From Psychrobacter sp. DM4 (GTDB lineage: Bacteria; Pseudomonadota; Gammaproteobacteria; Pseudomonadales; Moraxellaceae), in the NCBI RefSeq assembly GCF_051307035.1, contig NZ_CP195536.1, forward strand, positions 1,920,001 to 1,952,000: a DNA stretch of 32,000 nucleotides. Reading direction: 5' to 3'. The notes beneath the pieces were generated by a model that saw only the letters and a list, made by a program, of their open reading frames with translations, made no database searches and was not told the origin of the DNA. Every line of letters begins with the position of its first letter. Position 1 is the first letter of the stretch. Both the position numbers and the translations under genes were made by a program. Below, piece after piece: positions 9,056 to 16,420 of the stretch.

Positions 9056-9361
9056 TGCTTTAAACCCTTTAGGGTCTGTTGAACATTCAAATATTAGGAC
9101 TGCTGATCGCTAAAATCGCATCAAACTTTTTATCAAATCAGGCGTAAACCGACGATAATGTCGAGACCTTAGCTAGGTTTACAACAACGTTTGGGGTGAT
9201 TTTAGCATCAGCCTTTCAGGGCAGGGCTATTTTTTGCCAATACATGGCAAAATTGTCTAACCTAGAATGACTAGGCGTCAAAAATTTCACTGCGTATTGT
9301 CTAAAAAATAGCCACCGCCAGTTCCACATTTGAATGTTCAACAGACCCTAGTTTAAAGCAC
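9055..9361. mobile_element. MITE-like non-autonomous element or highly structured intergenic element
   Basis: Perfect 23-bp terminal inverted repeats: TAGGGTCTGTTGAACATTCAAAT (9070-9092) and its reverse complement (9328-9350). Outer inverted arms are GTGCTTTAAAC (9055-9065) and GTTTAAAGCAC (9351-9361). The interior has nested stems and no ORF. No transposase is present in the window. Confidence 0.5.
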
Positions 9362-9407
9362 TACAATAACACCTACGTCTCGACAGATTTTTTGAATGAC
9401 TAAATAG

Positions 9408-10643
9408 CTAGCGCGCCAAATACCCAGTCATATCTTCAACGCCATGCAAGGTCATTGGGTACATCTTGTTGTCAAATACCTTTTTTATCTCATTAATGGT
9501 TTGCGTATAGTGCCAGTAGGCAGGGTTCTCAGGATTGAGCCAAGCGACTTTATCGAAATGATCGAGCACTCTTTTGAGCCACACCACCCCAGCCTCATTG
9601 TTCATATACTCAACGCTACCACCGACTGTCATTAGCTCGTACGGCGACATGGATGCATCCCCAACGAAGATCACCCGATACTCGCGTCCATACTTATTAA
9701 GCAGCTCATAAGTGGGCATACGCACGCTATGACGGCGATTATTGTCTTGCCAGACATAGTCGTACAAACAGTTGTGAAAGTAAAAAAATTCTAAGGTTTT
9801 GAATTCATTTTTTGCCGCAGAAAACAACTTCTCTAAAGCATCGACATGAATATCCATGCTACCGCCAATATCGAATAGCATCAGCACTTTGACACGGTTA
9901 CGGCGTTCAGCCTGCATATGAATATCGAGCACACCTTTTTTGGCAGTACGCTTGATGGTCTCACGAATGTCGAGCTCATCTTCGCTACCCGTACGCGCAA
10001 ACTGACGTAGATTACGTAGTGCCATCTGTATTTGACGCGTCCCAAGCAGATTATCATCATCAAGATTACGATACTTACGTTGTTCCCATACTTTAGCAGC
10101 GCTACGCTTACGCGACTCCCCGCCAACGCGCACGCCTTCTGGATGATCCCCATAAGCGCCAAATGGGGAGGTGCCGCCAGTACCGACCCATTTACTACCG
10201 CCTTGATGACGCTCTTTTTGCTCGTTGAGACGCTCCTCAAGCGCTTTCATTAGCTCCTCAAGCGAGCCATACTTTTTTAGTAGCTGCCTCTGCTCTTCGG
10301 TGAGGTTCTTTGGGTCAAGTTTAAGATCCAACCACTCCTCTGGCACATCCATGAGTTTGTTCATCAGCTCATCGATATCAAGGCTATCAATGCCTTCGAA
10401 ATAATCTGCCATCGCCCGATCAAATTTGTCAAAATGACGCTCGTCTTTGACCATGCACAGTCTGATAAGCCGATACATATCCTCACGACTAGCAAATGCG
10501 GGCTGCTCTGCGTCCTCATCCTCTGAGGATAAAGCATGCTGCATCATCAGGCCTTGATCAAGCGCTGCATTCAGATCTAGCAGCTCTCGCGTACTGACAG
10601 GAACGCCATAAGTACGTAAAGTATAAAATAATTTTATAAACAT
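9408..10643 (-). CDS. VWA domain-containing protein (CoxE-like partner of a MoxR ATPase)
   Basis: A C-terminal VWA fold carries a MIDAS-like segment LMLFDIGGSMD. The gene is 21 nt downstream of the AAA+ gene on the same strand, and the architecture is typical of MoxR-associated VWA proteins. Confidence 0.8.
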   Translation of the reverse strand: MFIKLFYTLRTYGVPVSTRELLDLNAALDQGLMMQHALSSEDEDAEQPAFASREDMYRLIRLCMVKDERHFDKFDRAMADYFEGIDSLDIDELMNKLMDVPEEWLDLKLDPKNLTEEQRQLLKKYGSLEELMKALEERLNEQKERHQGGSKWVGTGGTSPFGAYGDHPEGVRVGGESRKRSAAKVWEQRKYRNLDDDNLLGTRQIQMALRNLRQFARTGSEDELDIRETIKRTAKKGVLDIHMQAERRNRVKVLMLFDIGGSMDIHVDALEKLFSAAKNEFKTLEFFYFHNCLYDYVWQDNNRRHSVRMPTYELLNKYGREYRVIFVGDASMSPYELMTVGGSVEYMNNEAGVVWLKRVLDHFDKVAWLNPENPAYWHYTQTINEIKKVFDNKMYPMTLHGVEDMTGYLAR

Positions 10644-10664
10644 AAAATACCTATCTGACGGGTT

Positions 10665-11546
10665 TTAGCGACGCATCATATTAGCAAAGCGCTGCAATAG
10701 CGTGACATCAGCTTCGTTTTTGAGCAGTGCGCCATACAGTGGTGGAATAGACTTCTCACCGCGTAAGTTCTCCTCTAACTCCTCTTGTGCCATATCATCA
10801 GCGAGCAGTAAGGTTAGCCAATCTACCAGCTCTGACGTTGAAGGTGGTTTTTTGAGACCCTGAATGTTACGTAGCTTGTAAAAGATATCGAGCGCATCGT
10901 TGACCAGTTTTTCTTGAATATCAGGAAAATGTACGTCAATGATTTGACGCATAGTCTGCTCTTCGGGGAAGTCAATATAATGAAAGAAACAACGACGCAA
11001 AAATGCATCAGGCAGCTCTTTTTCATTATTGGAGGTAATGATAATGACCGGACGCTGAGTGGCAGTAATGGTCTCGCCTGTCTCATAGACGTAAAAGGAC
11101 ATTTTATCTAATTCATGCAATAAGTCATTGGGAAACTCGATATCAGCTTTATCGACTTCATCGATCAATAAAACGCAGCGCTCCTCACTGGTGAACGCCT
11201 CCCACAATTTGCCAGGCTTAATATAATTGCCAATATCATAAACTTTATCATCGCCCAGTTGTGAATCACGTAAGCGAGATACTGCGTCATACTCGTATAA
11301 TCCCTGCTCCGCTTTGGTCGTTGATTTAATATGCCATGTGATGAGCGGCATACCTAGGCTTTGGGCAACTTCTTCTGCTAATAAGGTTTTGCCCGTACCT
11401 GGCTCGCCTTTGATCAGTAGCGGTTTTTGTAATGTCATTGATGCATTGACCGCCAGTTGCAAGTCGTCGGTTGCGATATAGCTATCGGTTCCGGTAAATC
11501 GTCTTTTGGCTGGACTGTCTGTTGTAGCGGAATTATCAGTACTCAT
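10665..11546 (-). CDS. MoxR-family AAA+ ATPase (CoxD/CbbQ/NorQ-like)
   Basis: Walker A is GEPGTGKT and Walker B is VLLIDEVDKA. The single AAA+ module of ~290 aa is the size typical of MoxR-class ATPases, and it forms an operon with the VWA protein. Confidence 0.85.
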   Translation of the reverse strand: MSTDNSATTDSPAKRRFTGTDSYIATDDLQLAVNASMTLQKPLLIKGEPGTGKTLLAEEVAQSLGMPLITWHIKSTTKAEQGLYEYDAVSRLRDSQLGDDKVYDIGNYIKPGKLWEAFTSEERCVLLIDEVDKADIEFPNDLLHELDKMSFYVYETGETITATQRPVIIITSNNEKELPDAFLRRCFFHYIDFPEEQTMRQIIDVHFPDIQEKLVNDALDIFYKLRNIQGLKKPPSTSELVDWLTLLLADDMAQEELEENLRGEKSIPPLYGALLKNEADVTLLQRFANMMRR

Positions 11547-11683
11547 AATTAGATCTCTATCGTGGCTATTAGGCTTAGAAAAAAGCTACTGGGCTTAAAA
11601 AAGGAATGGTTTAGAGTAGCACAGCCGCATATAATGCCAAAACACTCATGCGTTTTTTATTGCGTCTCAATAAAGATACACTC

Positions 11684-11712
11684 ATAAAAAAAGACACTTA
11701 AAAGTGTCTTTA
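11684..11712 (-). terminator. Rho-independent terminator after the membrane-protein gene
   Basis: The stem is AAGACAC (11691-11697) / GTGTCTT (11704-11710). On the minus strand it is followed by a T-run (the complement of the A-run 11686-11692). It lies 35 nt downstream of the stop at 11746. Confidence 0.65.
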
Positions 11713-11745
11713 TATTAGGTCGACTATCTACTACTTAAGTACGTT

Positions 11746-12465
11746 CTATTTCTTATTCGTAGGATTATCCAATTCAACAGGGGCCTTGGCGCGTTTGGCC
11801 TTGTCTATGACTCTTTGCGCGGCCGACTCTTCACTATAAAACCCTTTTCTTGGTTTTTTAGGTTCGGTTTCGACAGCGGGCGTAGGCGATACTTTGTCCT
11901 CAGTCTTATGCAGATTGATATTCTCTACGCTGCTGGGGTTTTGATTGTCTTTAGCTAAGTAATTATCCATTGCTAGCTGACCTGTCGTTAGTTGCATCGT
12001 CGCTTGAGTATCCTCAGCCGTGCGTGCGCGCGCTTTGGCGAGACTTGACTCAAATGCGCCGCGAATAAGTTGCCACACAAATCCGATGAACAAACCCACA
12101 ACGAGAACGACCAATATAGGCAATGCACTACTAATCGCAGCAGCCGTATCTTTAATCATGAGCGCATAGACGACGCCGATACTCGCTGGTGCCAGCTGAC
12201 CTGGATCACTCAAAGCAGTTCCTGGTGCTAACAATACAGCAAAGAGTATCATCCAACTCATACCGCCTAGGGGACGCGGTAGCATACGGGCAACAAGTAA
12301 CCATAATAGTAGTACGATAACCGTGCCACCGATATAGGCATACATCGGAAGATCAGCAGGGGGTACGCCTTTGACTGCCTGACTCCACCATATAACGATC
12401 TCGCCGAGGATATCGCTTAGAGTATCTAGAGGTAGCAGCTGTAAAATGTTTTTTAACCAGTCCAT
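11746..12465 (-). CDS. Hypothetical integral membrane protein with a charged C-terminal tail
   Basis: This is a long ORF with 3-4 hydrophobic helices (e.g. IGGTVIVLLLWLLVA, WMILFAVLLAPG, LPILVVLVVGLFIGFVW) and a Lys/Glu-rich tail. I recognise no family. Confidence 0.55.
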   Translation of the reverse strand: MDWLKNILQLLPLDTLSDILGEIVIWWSQAVKGVPPADLPMYAYIGGTVIVLLLWLLVARMLPRPLGGMSWMILFAVLLAPGTALSDPGQLAPASIGVVYALMIKDTAAAISSALPILVVLVVGLFIGFVWQLIRGAFESSLAKARARTAEDTQATMQLTTGQLAMDNYLAKDNQNPSSVENINLHKTEDKVSPTPAVETEPKKPRKGFYSEESAAQRVIDKAKRAKAPVELDNPTNKK

Positions 12466-12593
12466 ACGTGTCTTATATACCTGCGTTATCAGTCAAGCAC
12501 TGCCAAAACATAATGTCTAACATTCAAACATACGTGCAATAGAGTGCTAGTTTATCATGACTTTATGGCCAAGTGCATATCGCCGCTTAGGTA

Positions 12594-12914
12594 TTAGTCG
12601 TACTTGTTGTCTTGCGCATCTTTGGCACGCATTTCAGCTTGACGCCGCATGATATCTTGCGGCGGCATTTGCACATAATAGCCTTGAGATTCTAGTTTGG
12701 CGAGTACCTCGTCTTTGTCCACACGAGCCAGCTTAGATTGACTATCCAAATCTAGATGCATGACGAACTTGCTTACCCCCAATGTTGCCCGAAAGTCTTT
12801 GGGTAATACACCAAGCCAGTCCTTTAGCTCATCAGTATCATCAGGAAAACCTGGACGGGCGATATAGACATACATATCGTTGTGTTTTGGAAATTTATAA
12901 ATATCGCAATGCAT
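12594..12914 (-). CDS. ycgL: YcgL domain-containing protein
   Basis: The ~100-aa protein begins MHCDIYKFPKHNDMYVYI... and contains the LGVSKFVMHLDL pattern typical of the YcgL family (from memory). Confidence 0.75.
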   Translation of the reverse strand: MHCDIYKFPKHNDMYVYIARPGFPDDTDELKDWLGVLPKDFRATLGVSKFVMHLDLDSQSKLARVDKDEVLAKLESQGYYVQMPPQDIMRRQAEMRAKDAQDNKYD

Positions 12915-13107
12915 AAAATTAACCTATAAAAGTATTGAGCGTTTAAATAGTGACTGTTCAAAATTTAGTTCGTTGTAGATTAGCATAATTTAAGCGGGCA
13001 TCATTAGCGGCTTTGCGTTTGGGTATGGTAAATCACCCTAGTACTTGTGCCAAAATATGGTAAGGGCACCAATCACAATTTTTATCTCTACAAATGCCGC
13101 TTTTGAC

Positions 13108-13136
13108 TTGTAAAAAGATAGTGAACCTTTCATAAT
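13108..13136 (+). promoter_or_regulatory. Candidate sigma70 promoter for the riboswitch-gcvTH transcript
   Basis: TTGTAA (13108-13113), a 17-nt spacer, then CATAAT (13131-13136). It ends 7 nt before the first riboswitch P1 stem. This is a motif match only. Confidence 0.35.
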
Positions 13137-13142
13137 AAAGGC

Positions 13143-13249
13143 GTTATTCAGGAGAGAGTTTCAAATACGTTCGTTTTAGCAATGACGATTTGAGACCACC
13201 GAAGGCGCATCTACCCTGCCAATCGCTCAGGTACAAGGGACTGAATAAC
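13143..13249 (+). promoter_or_regulatory. Glycine riboswitch, aptamer 1
   Basis: Perfect 9-bp P1: GTTATTCAG (13143-13151) / CTGAATAAC (13241-13249). The conserved core follows in the expected order: GGAGAG, CCACCGAAGG (13196-13205), CTCAGG (13226-13231), then ACAAGGGAC. It lies upstream of gcvT. Confidence 0.85.
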
Positions 13250-13315
13250 CCATGCCTCGTTGTTTTGACTAAATTATGCTTGATGCGTAATCTTCAAACC
13301 CTTTAGGCATAACAA

Positions 13316-13487
13316 ATCTGGAGAGTGGTAAGTATAATACATTATTATCCTTACCCACCGAAGGGGAGAAAATACGCTACTGTTTGCCTACATTATAGGT
13401 ATTATTTAGATAGGTGTTGTTTAGCTTTATATCCACAGCCAAATGGACATAGCTGGCGTATTGAAAATCTCAGGTCACAGGACAGAT
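13316..13487 (+). promoter_or_regulatory. Glycine riboswitch, aptamer 2 (with a large P3 insertion)
   Basis: P1 is ATCTG (13316-13320) / CAGAT (13483-13487). The core is GGAGAG (13320-13325), a P2 hairpin GGTAAGTATAAT/ATTATCCTTACC, CCACCGAAGGGG (13355-13366), CTCAGG (13469-13474), then ACAGGACAG. Confidence 0.8.
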
Positions 13488-13660
13488 AGGGCTTTTGCTA
13501 AATGAGCGCACGCGCTTGTCTGGTTTGTGCTTTATTTATTGTGCCGCCCTTTTGTGCTACCTTTAAAGTTCAGTTTGCGCCGTGTAAACTAACCTCCCAT
13601 TACTGTTAAACGCTATTTTTTCGTAATTATTTACGACTGGCGTCAACACAAGGATTTGTT

Positions 13661-14833
13661 ATGACCGACACTTACAATGCTCAGAGCACTCAAGAGCCAG
13701 AGCGCACCCCCCTTTATCAATCTCATGTCGATAGCGACGGCAAACTGGTGGACTTTTCAGGTTGGGAGCTGCCTATTCATTACGGCTCACAGATTGAAGA
13801 GCACGATGCGGTACGCACTGATGCAGGTATGTTCGATGTATCGCATATGGTAATTGTCGATGTTAAGGGAAGCGACAGCAAAGCTTGGCTACAAAAGCTA
13901 CTGGCAAACGATGTCGCCAAATTAAAAACAGTCGGCAAAGCCCTGTACTCGCCTATGCTCAACGAGGATGGCGGTGTTATAGATGATTTGATCGTCTATC
14001 TGATGACAGAAGATGAAAGCGAATACCGTATCGTCTCTAACGCTGCCACGCGCGATAAAGACATCGCACAGTTTCATAAAGTTGCCGATAGCTTTGATGT
14101 CGCCATTACCGAACGCCCAGAGTTGGCTATGCTCGCCGTCCAAGGTCCTAATGCAGTCGCCAAATTGGCTCAGGCAAAGCCAAGCTGGAGCGAGACACTC
14201 GCAGGACTCAAGCCCTTCGTTGGTGCTGATCTGAGCGATATCGAGGGCACGGATTGGTTCGTGGCTCGCACAGGATATACAGGCGAGGATGGGGTCGAAG
14301 TCATTATGCATGGCGAGGATGCGCCCGCGTTCTTTGAGTTATTAAAGAGCAGTGGTATAAAACCCGCTGGCCTTGGTGCGCGTGATACTCTGCGCATGGA
14401 AGCAGGCATGAATCTATATGGTCACGATATGGACGAAACGATCAGTCCTTACGAGAGCAATATGGGCTGGACATTAGCGCTAAAAGACGAGCGCGACTTT
14501 GTTGGTCGCACCGCGATGGTCAATAAACGCAAGCAGTCCAAAGACGACAACAGCGCTATGAAACAAGTAGGGTTGCTACTCACCACGCGCGGTGTATTGC
14601 GAGAAGGCATGAGCGTGACAATCAATCAAGGCATGGATAATGCGCAAACTGGCGTTATCACCAGTGGTACTTTTTCTCCTAGTCTCAAACACTCGATTGC
14701 TATCGCTCGCATCCCTGCCAGCGTCACTGACGATGACACCGTACAAGTAGATCTACGCGGTAAAGGCAAACTCGTTGATGTCCGCGTCCTCAAACTACCT
14801 TTTGTCCGTAACGGTAAACAACAATTTGATTAA
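13661..14833 (+). CDS. gcvT: Glycine cleavage system aminomethyltransferase (T protein)
   Basis: A full-length GcvT-like translation ([38 protein letters not shown]). AAGGA lies 7 nt upstream of the ATG, and the riboswitch is in the leader. Confidence 0.95.
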   Translation: MTDTYNAQSTQEPERTPLYQSHVDSDGKLVDFSGWELPIHYGSQIEEHDAVRTDAGMFDVSHMVIVDVKGSDSKAWLQKLLANDVAKLKTVGKALYSPMLNEDGGVIDDLIVYLMTEDESEYRIVSNAATRDKDIAQFHKVADSFDVAITERPELAMLAVQGPNAVAKLAQAKPSWSETLAGLKPFVGADLSDIEGTDWFVARTGYTGEDGVEVIMHGEDAPAFFELLKSSGIKPAGLGARDTLRMEAGMNLYGHDMDETISPYESNMGWTLALKDERDFVGRTAMVNKRKQSKDDNSAMKQVGLLLTTRGVLREGMSVTINQGMDNAQTGVITSGTFSPSLKHSIAIARIPASVTDDDTVQVDLRGKGKLVDVRVLKLPFVRNGKQQFD

Positions 14834-14932
14834 AAAGCTGACTGGTAGATTTTATCTTCCGCTTGGTTTTGGTTTGTATACGCTTTAAAATCTAATATTT
14901 GAGCCATCTTTTTATTATCTAGGAGAGAGACC

Positions 14933-15313
14933 ATGAGTAACGTTCCAGCAGAATTAAAGTACATCGCAAGTCATGAGTGGCTACGTTTAGAGGACGACGG
15001 TACGATTACTGTCGGCATCACTGATCACGCGCAAGATTTATTGGGAGATGTGGTGTTTGTAGAATTGCCAGAAGTTGGCGATACTATTACCGTTGATGAC
15101 GAGATCTCAGTGGTTGAATCAGTCAAGGCGGCCTCTGATGTGTACGCGCCATTATCGGGTGAGATCGTCGCTATCAATGAAGCGCTAGAAGATGACCCAG
15201 AAATCATCAACTCAGATCCCTATGGTGATGGTTGGTTCTTTCGAATCAAGCCTGACAATATGGACGACTATGAAGCATTGATGACTGCTGATGAGTACGA
15301 AAACGAGCTGTAA
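14933..15313 (+). CDS. gcvH: Glycine cleavage system H protein (lipoyl carrier)
   Basis: The lipoyl-lysine motif [19 protein letters not shown] is present. The protein is 126 aa, and AGGAGAG lies upstream of the ATG. Confidence 0.95.
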   Translation: MSNVPAELKYIASHEWLRLEDDGTITVGITDHAQDLLGDVVFVELPEVGDTITVDDEISVVESVKAASDVYAPLSGEIVAINEALEDDPEIINSDPYGDGWFFRIKPDNMDDYEALMTADEYENEL

Positions 15314-15509
15314 GTCGTTTTACGCTATTTACTTACGAAACTTAAAACTATCGGTCAAAAACACAGATATTGATATCGATCAGTATCTGTGAAAACTTGA
15401 GTATTGTATCTACTACTCTTATTTTAACTTAGCATCCTTTAAACTCAAATTATTTCAGATTAGTGTTATTTATCAGCATCTTCTATTTTCTAACTTTGAC
15501 CTTGTTTAG

Positions 15510-15538
15510 TAGCTAAACTATCTAATAGCTAAATTATC
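15510..15538 (+). repeat. Two 13-bp direct repeats upstream of the nitroreductase gene
   Basis: TAGCTAAACTATC (15510-15522) and TAGCTAAATTATC (15526-15538) match at 12/13 positions with a 16-bp period. They overlap a promoter-like TTGACC (15496-15501), 17-nt spacer, TATCTA (15519-15524). Confidence 0.5.
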
Positions 15539-15571
15539 AAACTCTAGCCGTCACTCCTTTATCGCCGCAGT

Positions 15572-16345
15572 ATGGACCTTTATATGACTACTGAGAACGA
15601 CAACGCAAAAAACACCCTAGCTACACCTACTCACACGCCTCAGTTACAAGCGTTTCGTAATGTGGTGGAGTCACGCCGCTCAGTACGCCGCTTTACTGAT
15701 ACGCCAATCTCTGATGAGGTGATGGCAGATTGTCTGCATCTTGCGATGCTAGCTCCAAATTCTAGCAATCTACAGCCGTGGGAATTTTATGTCATCGACA
15801 GCGAAAAGAAACGCAAAAAAGCGATTAAGAACTGTATGGGCCAAAATGCAGCAAAAACTTCAGCACGCCTGATCGCTGTCGTCGCGCGTACCGATATCTG
15901 GCAAGATCATTCAAAGCAAATACTGAACGAGTATCCTGATAAGCCTGTACCCAAGAAAGTCAAAGACTACTACACCAAAGTCGTTGCCTTAGACTTTTTG
16001 CGTGGTCCTGCCAACGTGATATCCGCTGCCAAATGGAGCGCGACCCAAATCGTCAGACAAGTCAAAGGACCGATCAAATCGCCTTACTATACTTTTGATG
16101 ATGTCAAAAACTGGGCGACGAACAATACCGCACTTGGTGCTCAAAACCTGATGTTAGCACTACGTGCACATGGGTTTGATAGTTGCGCGATGGGTGGATT
16201 CGATGAGCCTGCGATGAAACGACTACTGGGTCTTACTGATGACCATCACGTTGTGATGATGATTGGTGCAGGTGAGCGCGCTGACAATGGTATTTACAGC
16301 GCTCAGTTTCGTTTCGATGATGCGCAATTCGTGCATTACGTATAG
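15572..16345 (+). CDS. Nitroreductase family protein
   Basis: The N-terminal RRSVRRF motif and the nitroreductase-fold pattern (SSNLQPWEFYVI ... GAQNLMLALRAHGFDSCAMGGF) are present. The start is ambiguous (ATG at 15572 or 15584), and neither has a clear SD. Confidence 0.8.
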   Translation: MDLYMTTENDNAKNTLATPTHTPQLQAFRNVVESRRSVRRFTDTPISDEVMADCLHLAMLAPNSSNLQPWEFYVIDSEKKRKKAIKNCMGQNAAKTSARLIAVVARTDIWQDHSKQILNEYPDKPVPKKVKDYYTKVVALDFLRGPANVISAAKWSATQIVRQVKGPIKSPYYTFDDVKNWATNNTALGAQNLMLALRAHGFDSCAMGGFDEPAMKRLLGLTDDHHVVMMIGAGERADNGIYSAQFRFDDAQFVHYV

Positions 16346-16420
16346 CGATCTGACCTGTTTGTACACCCTTTTATATACTCCTCTTCACCCTCTTTGCCCC
16401 AAGCTTAATTAAGGACTGTC

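Noticed and set aside
15357-15391. The hairpin CACAGATA/TATCTGTG after gcvH, considered as the gcvTH intrinsic terminator.
   Set aside because: On the plus strand it is followed by AAAACTT rather than a U-tract. The A-run precedes it, which would suit a minus-strand terminator, but no minus-strand gene is present. I kept it as an observation within the gcv finding and did not call it a terminator.
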